A stretch of 64,000 nt of DNA from Terriglobia bacterium (GTDB taxonomy: Bacteria > Acidobacteriota > Terriglobia > 2-12-FULL-54-10), in contig OZ240237.1 in assembly GCA_965198025.1 (NCBI GenBank), forward strand, positions 1,400,577 through 1,464,576. Direction: 5' to 3'. Every line of letters starts with the position of its first letter. Position 1 is the first letter of the stretch. The translations under genes were made by a program, and so were the position numbers. Shown here piece after piece: positions 1 to 9,307 of this stretch. The notes under the pieces were generated by a model. That model was given only the letters and a program-made list of their open reading frames with translations. It ran no database searches and was not told where the DNA came from.

Positions 1-855
1 GAACCGGTAGGAGAATCCCTTGCCTAGGTCACCGAACACGCCGGCGCCCGTGTCAAACCACGTGGACGGAATGATCACGGTGTCCACCTGTGGCCGCAGA
101 ACGCCATAGAAGGAAGGCGGCTCGTGCCGCTCATTGATGATTCCCATCGGCGTCAGCAGCATCCCGCCTCGCAAATTTACGGTCGGGTGAAGCAGAAAAT
201 CCACATACGCCTGCTCCAACTCCAGCTCTCCCTTTTCCTCCGCTCCTTCCACGAGCGCATGCTCTACTTCAATCTCGGACCAGAATTTCAATCGCTCTGA
301 GAAGCTATGTCCGAACAGCAGCACAAACCGCCGGAAGTCGAGAACCGCATCCTGCTCTTGCGGTTTCGAAAAATTCAGCTCCATGTAGCCCGACACGGGA
401 AGCCGGGTTTCATCGGATTGCGAAGCAGCCGCTGCGCCCGACCGCTGCAGAGACGGCAGAGACTCCTGTGTTGGAAGCGTGGAGGACGGACTGACCAGTT
501 CGATCCACCGCAGAGACGCCGTGCGGGCCGGTTCTCCCTCCGTGGGAGCAGGGAACTCGCGCACTAGACGCTGCACCTCTGCCTCCAGCGCTGCCACCCG
601 GTCCGCCAAAGAGTGGTCGCTTACATCGTGTCCGGATGCACTGGCCGGTGATCCCCTGCCCGAAAGGCGGCGGGTCAGTTCCGTCACCTGCTGCTCCAGG
701 ATCCGAATTCGTTCGGCCAGGTCGCCTTCCGTCTGCGCGGGAAGAGAGGCAGCCCAGCACAAACACACCATCGCTGCCACACTTCGGCGCACGCAAGCCT
801 TGTTTCGCCTCAGATGAATCGAAGCTCGAAGGATCCGCTGTATGGCTCTACCCAT
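1..855 (-). CDS. Outer-membrane porin-like beta-barrel protein (OprO/OprP-like), 3' end runs off the window
   Basis: Not in ORF track; hand translation is open from ATG 855 (RBS AAGGGG) to position 1: signal peptide (RRSVAAMVCLCWAASLPA-Q), two coiled-coil segments, then SGYMELNF..LDFRRFVLLFGHSF..SEIEVEHA..GELELEQAYVDF..PMGIINERHEPPSFYGVLRPQVDTVIIPSTW. Confidence 0.8.
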   Translation of the reverse strand, partial: MGRAIQRILRASIHLRRNKACVRRSVAAMVCLCWAASLPAQTEGDLAERIRILEQQVTELTRRLSGRGSPASASGHDVSDHSLADRVAALEAEVQRLVREFPAPTEGEPARTASLRWIELVSPSSTLPTQESLPSLQRSGAAAASQSDETRLPVSGYMELNFSKPQEQDAVLDFRRFVLLFGHSFSERLKFWSEIEVEHALVEGAEEKGELELEQAYVDFLLHPTVNLRGGMLLTPMGIINERHEPPSFYGVLRPQVDTVIIPSTWFDTGAGVFGDLGKGFSYRF

Positions 856-945
856 CCACCCCTTTTCCCCAATGGCGAAATCATACACCTGGCGAGAAAA
901 GTTCACGCTGGTGCCTGCCAGAAATCAATTATAGCTTATAATTTA

Positions 946-964
946 TATTAATGTATATTTAATA
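946..964. promoter_or_regulatory. AT-rich inverted repeat TATTAA-N7-TTAATA, candidate repressor operator upstream of the porin
   Basis: Perfect 6-bp arms within an unusually AT-rich tract (about 921-985), about 90 bp upstream of the porin start. Confidence 0.5.
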
Positions 965-1027
965 AAATACACAGTATAGCTTTACTTGCTCTACTGTCAA
1001 GCGGGTCGTGGATGGAAGGAGGATCGC

Positions 1028-1774
1028 TTATCGGCCGACGGTCAGCCGGCGGGAGAGAAACGCTGGCAACTTGGCTTCCCGCATCTTCTCGATGGTTGTA
1101 ATCATGTCGTAGGATGTGCGGCCAAACTCGACGAAGCCGTTGGTGTCATAGATCACGAACGCCGCGCGCCTATCCCCGTCGCGCGGCTGCCCTACCGACC
1201 CGGGGTTGAGGTAATATGTTTCGTCGTCTCGTAGCTGCCACACGCGCCGCTCTTTCGTCTTCGGCACGGGCATCGGCAGCGTCTCGGCCAAGCGCTGCGC
1301 CCCGCGCAGAAACCCCCCTTGCAGGTGCGTGTGGCCGAAAAACGTTATTTGGTGGGCCACCATCCGCAGCGCTTCCTCTGCTTCCGAGGGTGTGGTCACG
1401 TATTCGTCCTCGTCCCGAGGACTGCCGTGCAGAATGGAAAACAGCTCGGCTACGTCCAGCGGTCCGGGCGGCAGATCCCGCAGGTACTGGATGTTCTCTT
1501 CGCTCAGATTCGCTCGCGTCCAGTAAGCGGCTTGCCGTGCCGTCTCGTTGAAGTGCACGGCCGAGTCGACCCCGGAGCATACACGGTCGTGGTTGCCGCG
1601 AACCACCACCTTCGCGTTCGTCCGCACCCAGTCCGTCACCGCATCGGGATCGGGGCCGTAACCGACCAAGTCTCCGCAGCAGAGGATTTCGCCGTAGTCG
1701 CCTTCGGTCGCTGCCAGCACAGCTTGGAGCGCCTCCAGATTGGAATGTATGTCGCTGAAGATCAGATACCGCAT
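1028..1774 (-). CDS. Calcineurin-like metallophosphoesterase
   Basis: Motifs SDIH, GDLVGYG, GNHD, HGSP, GHTH, NPGSVGQPRD. Confidence 0.92.
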   Translation of the reverse strand: MRYLIFSDIHSNLEALQAVLAATEGDYGEILCCGDLVGYGPDPDAVTDWVRTNAKVVVRGNHDRVCSGVDSAVHFNETARQAAYWTRANLSEENIQYLRDLPPGPLDVAELFSILHGSPRDEDEYVTTPSEAEEALRMVAHQITFFGHTHLQGGFLRGAQRLAETLPMPVPKTKERRVWQLRDDETYYLNPGSVGQPRDGDRRAAFVIYDTNGFVEFGRTSYDMITTIEKMREAKLPAFLSRRLTVGR

Positions 1775-1908
1775 CTTAAACTATGACTCCGTCGCCCGGT
1801 CCCGGACCCAGCGAAATGATTACTCTAACCAAGATCGAGCACTTTCGGTTGCAAAAAGGTTCCTCAAGGCTGTCCTGAAGTCAAAAACGGATCGTCTCAC
1901 CCCGAACT

Positions 1909-2769
1909 TCAAGATTCGAACTCTCGGTAGGCTTCACTCTTTGAGATTCCCCGTTCACGCGCGACCGTTTTCAAGGCCTCCATCCGGCTCAGTTCTTCTT
2001 CCGCCATGAGATGCTGAACGCGTTCTTTGACGGGAACGTCCTGGATCGTCTTGTCGGAGGGCTCGGACGCCGGACCCAGAATCAGCGTAATCTCCCCCGG
2101 AATCGCCGGACGTTTTGCCAAAGCTTCGATCACCTCCGAACATCTTCCCCGCAGAAACTCCTCATGGATCTTCGTCATCTCGCGTGCCACTGCCACGGGC
2201 CGGTCTCCGAGGACCGTATGGACGTCGCGCAGTGCGCCCAGGAGCCGTCGGGGTGATTCAAACGCCACGGTCGTGACGGGCGACCCCTTGCACTGTTCCA
2301 GAATCTTTCGCCGAGCGTGCGGTTTCGCTGGAAGAAAACCCACGAATTGAAATCCGTGCGTGGGCAGTCCGGAAACCGTCAGTGCCGCCACAGCCGCCGA
2401 GGGGCCCGGAACCGGCACCACCGGAATCCCGTGCCGGATCGAACGCTCTACCAGACGGTAACCGGGGTCCGAGATCCCGGGCATCCCCGCATCCGAGACC
2501 AGCGCGATTCGCAATCCTTCTTTCATGCGCTGCACCAGCTCGGCCGATTTTTCAATTTCATTATGCTCGTGGTAGCTCGTCGTTCGCTTCTCGATGGCAA
2601 AGTGATTCAGCAGTTTTTGCGTCTGCCGCGTATCTTCGCAGGCAATCAGATCCGCTTCCTGCAGCACCCGCAGCGCACGCAGCGTAATGTCTTCCAGGTT
2701 TCCGATCGGTGTTCCCACCAGGAACAGGGTCCCGCGAGAGGACGCCCCAGACCTGCCTCGCCTTCCCAT
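1909..2769 (-). CDS. rsmI: 16S rRNA (cytidine-1402-2'-O)-methyltransferase
   Basis: GTPIGNLEDITLRA, ACEDTR, VSDAGMPGISDPG, REMTKIHEE; start uncertain (2769, 2784 or 2829). Confidence 0.95.
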   Translation of the reverse strand: MGRRGRSGASSRGTLFLVGTPIGNLEDITLRALRVLQEADLIACEDTRQTQKLLNHFAIEKRTTSYHEHNEIEKSAELVQRMKEGLRIALVSDAGMPGISDPGYRLVERSIRHGIPVVPVPGPSAAVAALTVSGLPTHGFQFVGFLPAKPHARRKILEQCKGSPVTTVAFESPRRLLGALRDVHTVLGDRPVAVAREMTKIHEEFLRGRCSEVIEALAKRPAIPGEITLILGPASEPSDKTIQDVPVKERVQHLMAEEELSRMEALKTVARERGISKSEAYREFES

Positions 2770-2959
2770 GATCTCTTCTGGCATGTCGTTCTTGAATTTT
2801 CGGCTTTTGTTCAGTGCAACGGCAAGCATAGCATAGCGTAGGGTTCTCTCACCCGCTGGGGTCTGCGGAAGGTTGACACCTCAAAAGCAGCCTTGCTAGG
2901 ATGCCCTGAGAGACAAGAGATGCACCTGCAGTGCACAGTTGAGGGAGGCAGCTAGATCC

Positions 2960-3670
2960 GTGGCCAGGCTTTCGCGGCGCGAACTGAAGAGGGATGAATT
3001 CGCAGACCGTCTTGCAACCGTAACCGGTTTCTTTTCCCGAAACCGCGGGTCGATCATCTTCGGCGGCGGCTCGGTTTTTTTGGCAGTCGTCGTAGCGTTC
3101 GGCGCCTTCTTTTTTGTACGCAGCCGCCAAGCCGCTGCTTCTGAGCTCTTTGGAGAGGCCCTCGTCACCTATCACGCCCTGGTCATTGAGACACCTCCCG
3201 AGGGAGTCACCATCCAGACTTTCCCAACTGCCGAGGAAAAGTACACGAAAGCGATTCGCCAGTTTACGGAAGTGTCCGAACAGTTCGGGAGTTACAGTGT
3301 AGGCCGCTGGGCCCGCTACTATACCGCACTGTCCCAACGCGAGCTTGGCCAGCATGCCGTAGCCGAGCCGGGACTCCTGGCTATCATTGAGGAAGGCGAC
3401 AGTGACTTGGCCGCGGTCGCAAAGATGGCGCTCGCAGCTCTGTACCAGAAGACCTCCCGGACGGACGAGGCGGAAGCGCTCTACCGCGAGCTTGAAGACA
3501 GCCCGAGTTTGATGGTCCCCAGACCCACGGTGCAAATGGCTCTGGCCGCGCTTTACCAAACTACCAATCCTTCCCAGGCCACCGCGCTCTACCAGCAGAT
3601 TGAGAGGGATTATCCTGGAACCGCCGCTGCGGATCGAGCCGCGGAGATGTTGCGCAGTGGCGCCCAGTAA
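2960..3670 (+). CDS. Membrane-anchored TPR protein (YfgM-like)
   Basis: RRELKRDEF N-terminus, single TM helix, helical TPR-like repeats; GTG start after GGGAGG. Confidence 0.75.
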   Translation: MARLSRRELKRDEFADRLATVTGFFSRNRGSIIFGGGSVFLAVVVAFGAFFFVRSRQAAASELFGEALVTYHALVIETPPEGVTIQTFPTAEEKYTKAIRQFTEVSEQFGSYSVGRWARYYTALSQRELGQHAVAEPGLLAIIEEGDSDLAAVAKMALAALYQKTSRTDEAEALYRELEDSPSLMVPRPTVQMALAALYQTTNPSQATALYQQIERDYPGTAAADRAAEMLRSGAQ

Positions 3671-4832
3671 CCCGGACGGACCAGTTCTGCGCCCCGGCAT
3701 CCCCACCGCTCAGCTCAGTTCCCTGCGCGACTACGCTGTCCGCCCCGAGCAGAGCCGCGGACGAAAGTTCCCCGAGCCGCCTCACCGCTATCGCAATGAT
3801 TACCAGCGCGACCGTGACCGTGTGGTTCATTCGCGAGCTTTTCGCCGTCTGGAAGACAAAACCCAGGTTTTCACCACCCGCTTTTCTGATCATTTCCGCA
3901 ACCGCCTCACCCACACCCTTGAGGTCGCCCAGATTTCCCGCACTGTCGCCGGCCTGATGGGCCTCAACGTCGACCTGGTCGAAGCTCTCGCTCTGGTCCA
4001 TGACATCGGCCATCCGCCCTTCGGACACTCGGGCGAAAAGTGCCTCGACCAGATCATGCGCAACTTCGGCCAGCGCTTTGATCACAACCTCCAGGCTCTG
4101 CGTATCGTCGAATCCTTCGAGCAGCGCTATGCCGACTTCCCGGGACTGAACCTGACCTTTGAAGTCCGCGAAGGCATCGTTAAGCATTCCCGTGATTACG
4201 CGCCCGGCGAACACCCTGAACTGGAGGAGTATCTGCTCGATCAGAAGCCCCCCCTCGAAGCACAGTTGATCGACCTGACCGATGAAATTGCTTATTCGAC
4301 CGCTGATCTCGACGACGGTTTTGAGGCCAAGCTGTTTGACCTCGACTCCTTGCGGGCGGAGTTGCCGTTGTTCGCGGAGCTCTGCACCTGGGTGGCAGAC
4401 CGCTACCCGGATGCCCCTCCCAAGCTGCAATTCAACGAAACCCAGAAGCGCGTGCTGGACCACTTGGTCACCGACTTGCTCGAGAATTCATTGGCTGAAA
4501 TCCAGCGCGTCGGCATCACGAGCGTGGAGGAGGTCCGGCGTCAGCCAAGCCGCCTCATCGGCTTCAGTCCTCAGGCTGCGAAACAGAACCGTGTTCTCCG
4601 CAAGTATCTTTCCCACCATCTCTACTTTCATCCCGCGTTGGTCTCCGAGAAAGAGAAGGGAGCACAAGTCGTCGAGAGGCTGTTCCAGTTCTATCTCGAC
4701 CACCCGGAAAAGCTCCCTCCCTCATACGCCGAGCAGGCTCGCCAGGGGCCGCGCCATCAAGTCGTTTGCGATTACATCGCCGGCATGACGGACCACTACG
4801 TTCTGCGCCTTCACCAGGAACTGCTTGGCTGA
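3657..4832 (+). CDS. dgt: Deoxyguanosinetriphosphate triphosphohydrolase (HD domain)
   Basis: YQRDRDRVVHSRAFRRL, RNRLTHTLEVAQ, HDIGHPPFGHSGE, DYIAGMTD; GTG start inferred from RBS. Confidence 0.93.
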   Translation: MAPSNPDGPVLRPGIPTAQLSSLRDYAVRPEQSRGRKFPEPPHRYRNDYQRDRDRVVHSRAFRRLEDKTQVFTTRFSDHFRNRLTHTLEVAQISRTVAGLMGLNVDLVEALALVHDIGHPPFGHSGEKCLDQIMRNFGQRFDHNLQALRIVESFEQRYADFPGLNLTFEVREGIVKHSRDYAPGEHPELEEYLLDQKPPLEAQLIDLTDEIAYSTADLDDGFEAKLFDLDSLRAELPLFAELCTWVADRYPDAPPKLQFNETQKRVLDHLVTDLLENSLAEIQRVGITSVEEVRRQPSRLIGFSPQAAKQNRVLRKYLSHHLYFHPALVSEKEKGAQVVERLFQFYLDHPEKLPPSYAEQARQGPRHQVVCDYIAGMTDHYVLRLHQELLG

Positions 4833-4851
4833 GTGTCTCTGCAAGGCTGCG

Positions 4852-4878
4852 GTCATCCTGAGCGCAACGAAGTTTCTC
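4852..4878. repeat. REP-like intergenic element (GTCATCCTGAGCGCA..GAAG family)
   Basis: Related copies at 22249-22280 and 30792-30878. Confidence 0.55.
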
Positions 4879-4963
4879 ATCTTCGTGGTCTGCGCAATCT
4901 GCGGATACGTCACCTTTGTCTCTCCTATAATAAAGTGGACAAAGTTCAGACGGGAGACGCATC

Positions 4964-5494
4964 ATGTTCCTACATATCAACGAGCTCGAACGAGCGCCCA
5001 TCGTACTGGATCAGGTTCTCCCGCCAGCTCGTCCGGGTGGCCCCGGCAGTATCGATTTCGGTGAAGACATCTGGCAGGTCGAACCGCTTGAAGTGCATGG
5101 CCGGGCAGAGTTGGTTGCCGAGGAGATCCGGCTGCGCGGCAACCTCAACACGGTGCTCGAAGTCCCCTGCGCCCGTTGTCTGGAGCGTACGCGCCGACCC
5201 GTGGTCTTGGATTTCGATCTGTTTTACCGCTCCATTCGGACCATCGCCCGTGAGGAGGAAGTCGAGATTGCGCGTGACGATCTCGAAATCGGGTTCTATC
5301 ACGGCGACGGGTTGATGCTCGAGGAAGCTCTCCGCGAGCAGATCTTGCTTTCCCTGCCAATGAAGAGCATATGCCGCCCTGACTGTGCCGGCCTGTGCCC
5401 GCAGTGCGGCAAGAACCGCAACCTCGGTAAGTGCGATTGCGCTCCCCCCCCGCCGGACGAGCGCTGGGCGCCCCTGGCTGGCCTCAAGCGATAG
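4964..5494 (+). CDS. yceD: YceD/DUF177 family 23S rRNA accumulation protein
   Basis: CARCL and CRPDCAGLCPQCGKNRN..CDC..DERWAPL motifs; directly upstream of rpmF. Confidence 0.92.
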   Translation: MFLHINELERAPIVLDQVLPPARPGGPGSIDFGEDIWQVEPLEVHGRAELVAEEIRLRGNLNTVLEVPCARCLERTRRPVVLDFDLFYRSIRTIAREEEVEIARDDLEIGFYHGDGLMLEEALREQILLSLPMKSICRPDCAGLCPQCGKNRNLGKCDCAPPPPDERWAPLAGLKR

Positions 5495-5575
5495 CGCCTC
5501 CGGTGATTTGCCCAAAACGGTCTTCTTGCGCTATTCTGACCTATCGCTTGCAGAGAGTTCGTTTGAAGGAGCAGT

Positions 5576-5761
5576 ATGCCGAACCCGAAACGCAAACATT
5601 CACACGCCCGTCAGGGCAAGCGCCGCTCGCACCTGTTTCTCAAGGCGCCTGTATTGTCCGAGTGCCGCCAGTGCCACGAAATGAAGCTCCCACACCGCAT
5701 CTGTCCCAAGTGTGGCTACTACGAAGGCCGCAAAGTTATCTCCGTCAAGGAAACCAAGTAA
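5576..5761 (+). CDS. rpmF: 50S ribosomal protein L32
   Basis: MPNPKRKHS..KRRSH..CRQC..PHRICPKCGYY. Confidence 0.97.
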   Translation: MPNPKRKHSHARQGKRRSHLFLKAPVLSECRQCHEMKLPHRICPKCGYYEGRKVISVKETK

Positions 5762-5773
5762 TCCACTCCCCCT

Positions 5774-6751
5774 TCACGGTTCCGCTGCGACCCGCCGCCT
5801 GATCTCCTCAAACCACCCGGGCACGACGCCGATTCGGTAGACTTCGGCATCTCCGCCGCCTTGCTCCGGCGCTACGTACGCCAGTGTCCCTGTATTGGAG
5901 AACGTAAACTGAGCCACGCCGGTCAGCGTATCTGGCGGTGACCCCAACACGCCTTCCTGCACCACTGCGGGCATCCCCATCACATCCAGCGTCACGGTAT
6001 CGAACTCGACTGCCAGAATCGCCCTCTCCCGGTGGTAGACCAAGTGCCCTCGGGTCTGCCCCGTGGCTGCATAGCGCCCGAAGGTGCCCCCCCGAACCAG
6101 AATCTTCTTTTCTCCCGTATCGAGACGCAGCGCTGCAATCTGCGAATCTCCGGGATCGTCGCTTACGGCTATCGTGAACAGCACCGCGCTGCCATCCGGC
6201 AGGAACTGCGGCCAGCGGTGACTCAATTCGCCCTCTGCCAATTCAGTCAACTGCTGCGGCTCGCCCCCCTCGGCCGAGACTTCATACAACACGTCCGTAT
6301 CCGTCAGGTTGAACACGATTGTCTCGCTCGGCCCCCAGCTCGCCCCGCGAAGATTCGTCGCCTCGGGCGTCAGGGCGGTTGCCTCGCCGCCGCCGACCGG
6401 GACTTTCTTCAATCTGCCGTCCGCAAAGAATCCAAGCCACTGCCCATCGGGAGAGAAGAAAGCCGTATCGCCGCCCGCCGTGCCTGCCACGGATCTTCTG
6501 TCTCTGGCGGCCATATCCCACAGGTGCATCTGCCGGCTCCCGTCATCCTGGAATACCAGATGCGCGAGGAACATGCCGTCGGGTGAGAACGCCGTCGTCG
6601 GGTCGTTGTTCCACCGCACGTGTCCCACCCCCGGCGAAGGGATCAGAAACGAGTTTGTTGTGTCCGGCGGTGCCTCCATCTCCGACCCACACCCCGCCTG
6701 CCCCGTCACCAACCCAATCAGCAGCGCACCCACCGCCATTGTTTCGCGCAT
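5774..6751 (-). CDS. TolB-like/PD40 beta-propeller protein, probable lipoprotein
   Basis: FSPDG, FFSPDGQWLGFF, HRWPQFLPDG repeats; hydrophobic leader ending QAG-C; start 6751 or 6784. Confidence 0.8.
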   Translation of the reverse strand: MRETMAVGALLIGLVTGQAGCGSEMEAPPDTTNSFLIPSPGVGHVRWNNDPTTAFSPDGMFLAHLVFQDDGSRQMHLWDMAARDRRSVAGTAGGDTAFFSPDGQWLGFFADGRLKKVPVGGGEATALTPEATNLRGASWGPSETIVFNLTDTDVLYEVSAEGGEPQQLTELAEGELSHRWPQFLPDGSAVLFTIAVSDDPGDSQIAALRLDTGEKKILVRGGTFGRYAATGQTRGHLVYHRERAILAVEFDTVTLDVMGMPAVVQEGVLGSPPDTLTGVAQFTFSNTGTLAYVAPEQGGGDAEVYRIGVVPGWFEEIRRRVAAEP

Positions 6752-6836
6752 GGATCCGGATCCCATCGCTTTCCTCTTCTTCACGTCTTATTGAGTCTTT
6801 GTGGTTCAATCCGTCTGTTCGCCACTCAACTGTCTT

Positions 6837-7177
6837 TCACACGCTGATCACTGGACAGGGCGAGTGCCGTATTATGGCGTATGCATTCCGGGGCACCACG
6901 TCTCCCTTTTCAACGAGCCGCTGTACCTTCAGCTCTCCAGTTCCGAACCTCCAAACACCCCCATCAGCTTTTCCCGATCCGCGATCGCCGCGTCGGAAAC
7001 CGGAATCACCACCGGGGCCGAAAACCCCGTCGGTGGAATCGTGTAGAACGGGTCAACACTGTGCAAAAGAATCACCTCCACGCGGTGCTTCTGCGCCACG
7101 GCTTTCACGTACGGTAACATCTCCCGGCATCAGTCTGAGAAATCCGTTGGAACCAGGATTCGAGAAATCGCGAGCAT
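6837..7177 (-). pseudogene. Universal stress protein (USP) pseudogene
   Basis: MLAISRILVPTDFSD*CREMLPYVKAVAQKHRVEVILLHSVD (in-frame TGA), frameshift near 6930, then NAYAIIRHSPCPVISV* typical USP C-terminus. Confidence 0.75.
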
Positions 7178-7414
7178 CCAGTCAACTTCCTATTCAGCAG
7201 CATTTGTTCATCGGAGCTGTACACCGGAACCGAAGCCATCGGAAAGACGGCGTGACCATGTGGTCATCCTAAGACTATACTCCCGGACCCCCCGCCCCGT
7301 CCTGCCAACTCAAGAAGATTCACCCTTCCGTCCCTAAGCGACACTAGCTACTAGTTGCTGCTTCGGCAAACTCCTCGAATTCTTGTTCTTTGCGACTATC
7401 CAGTCTATATTGAC

Positions 7415-8395
7415 ATGGGAGAATTGCTGGCTGTGCCGCAACTTGCTTTCTTATTTCCGGGCCAGGGGTCGCAGCAGCCGGGCATGGGTCGCGATCTGGC
7501 TGAGAATTTCCCCATCGCCCGTGACACTCTTGCGGAAGCCGATGATGCGCTTGGATTTGCGCTTTCACGACTCTGTTTTGAGGGCCCCGCCGAGGAGCTC
7601 CAACTGACCGCCAACACTCAGCCCGCCGTCCTGGCCTGCTCCGTGGCAGCCTTCCGGGTTCTTGAGCAACACGGGATCAGCCCGTCGTTCGTGGCTGGGC
7701 ACAGCCTCGGCGAGCATTCCGCCCTGGTGGCCTCTGGGGCCGTTCGATTTGCCGATGCGTTGCGCATTGTCCGCCATCGCGGCCAGTATATGCAGGAGGC
7801 CGTGCCGGTCGGCACGGGCGCTATGGCCGCTTTGCTCGGCATCAACATGGAGAGAGTCGAGGAGCTGTGCCGATATGCGGCTGAGGGAGAAGTCGTCTCT
7901 CCTGCCAACATCAACACACCCATGCAGATTGTCGTCGCCGGCCACGCCTCGGCGGTCCGCCGCGTCATGGACCGGGCAACGTCTGCGGGCGCGAAGAGGG
8001 CTGTCGCTCTGCCGGTGAGCGCCCCATTCCATTGCTCGCTCATGCGCCCAGCCCAGGAGCGCCTCACGCCCGAACTGGAAGCCCTTGCAATCGAAGATTT
8101 GCAGTTTCCGCTTGTCAACAACTCCCGAGCTGATCTCGTTCGCACGCCTGCGGATGCCCGCCGCGGCTTGATCGACCAGGTTTGTGCCCCCGTCCTTTGG
8201 GACCAGAGCGTCCGCCAGCTCCGTGCCCACGGTGCCCAGATATTTGTCGAAGTCGGCCCTGGCCGCGTCCTCACTGGAATGATGAGGCAGATTGATTCCG
8301 CGGTTACGGCGGTGAACGTCGAAGACAAGAAGAGTCTGGAGAAAGCGCTGGCTGTCCTCCAGGCCGCTGCTACTCCGGGAGGCAGTTCCTCATAA
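7415..8395 (+). CDS. fabD: Malonyl-CoA:ACP transacylase
   Basis: FLFPGQGSQ, TQPA, GHSLGE, VSAPFH, EVGPG. Confidence 0.96.
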   Translation: MGELLAVPQLAFLFPGQGSQQPGMGRDLAENFPIARDTLAEADDALGFALSRLCFEGPAEELQLTANTQPAVLACSVAAFRVLEQHGISPSFVAGHSLGEHSALVASGAVRFADALRIVRHRGQYMQEAVPVGTGAMAALLGINMERVEELCRYAAEGEVVSPANINTPMQIVVAGHASAVRRVMDRATSAGAKRAVALPVSAPFHCSLMRPAQERLTPELEALAIEDLQFPLVNNSRADLVRTPADARRGLIDQVCAPVLWDQSVRQLRAHGAQIFVEVGPGRVLTGMMRQIDSAVTAVNVEDKKSLEKALAVLQAAATPGGSSS

Positions 8396-9144
8396 TGGCG
8401 TGGGAGGGCCAAGTCGCATTCGTGACGGGCGCCTCGCAAGGCATTGGCGAAGCCTGTGCCCGGGGGCTGGCGGAGGCCGGAGCGAAGGTCGTCCTTGCCA
8501 GCCGCAACCTCCAGCGACTGGAACAGCTCGCCGAGGAAATTCAGGGCGCGAGAAACGACCTGACTTGCGCTTTGGCATTGTCGCTTGATGTAACGCAAGA
8601 GGACCAGATCAAGGAAGCTTTCCGGAAAGCACTCGATCATTTTGGCAAGATTGACATCCTCGTCAATAACGCCGGCGTGACGCGGGACGGGTTGGCGCTT
8701 GGCATGAAACGCGAGGATTGGGATGAGGTAATCCAGACCAACCTGACCGCAACCCACCTTTGCATTCAACAAGTCTTGCGGGGAATGATGCGCCGCCGGT
8801 ACGGCCGGATCATCAACATCACTTCCGTCGTTGCGTTTCTGGGTAATGCGGGTCAAGCCAATTACGTTGCTTCAAAAGCCGGAACTATCGGCCTGACGCG
8901 TGCGATCGCCCAGGAGTATGCTTCCCGCAATATCACTGTCAACGCAGTGGCACCTGGTTTCATTGAAACGGCCATGACAGCGGCTCTGTCGCAAGCAGCC
9001 CGGGAAAAGCTAGCGTCCCGGATTCCCTTAGGACGGCTCGGGGAGGTCCTGGATGTGGCCCAAGCAGTGAAGTTTCTCGCTTCGGAAGAAGCCGGATACA
9101 TCACAGGTCAAGTGCTGCACGTAAACGGCGGACTATATATGTGA
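8395..9144 (+). CDS. fabG: 3-oxoacyl-ACP reductase
   Basis: TGASQGIG, NNAGVTRD, NYVASK, VAPGFIET; TAATG overlap with fabD. Confidence 0.95.
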   Translation: MAWEGQVAFVTGASQGIGEACARGLAEAGAKVVLASRNLQRLEQLAEEIQGARNDLTCALALSLDVTQEDQIKEAFRKALDHFGKIDILVNNAGVTRDGLALGMKREDWDEVIQTNLTATHLCIQQVLRGMMRRRYGRIINITSVVAFLGNAGQANYVASKAGTIGLTRAIAQEYASRNITVNAVAPGFIETAMTAALSQAAREKLASRIPLGRLGEVLDVAQAVKFLASEEAGYITGQVLHVNGGLYM

Positions 9145-9307
9145 TTCCGTTGTAAGTGAGAAAACCTGAACATAAACGCAGGAGTCTAGGGAAGACGCCT
9201 GAAACCCCTACTCGGCTCTCCTTGTGCTCTTGCGTTTCTCCCGTGCCATCCTCTCTGTAGCATGTCTATAAGACTCGTCGAGGCGCGACATCTGCCGAAT
9301 GCTTACC

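Noticed and set aside
7124-7140. In-frame TGA in the USP gene as selenocysteine
   Set aside because: The gene also has a frameshift and apparent deletion; a CGA-to-TGA nonsense change explains it more simply.
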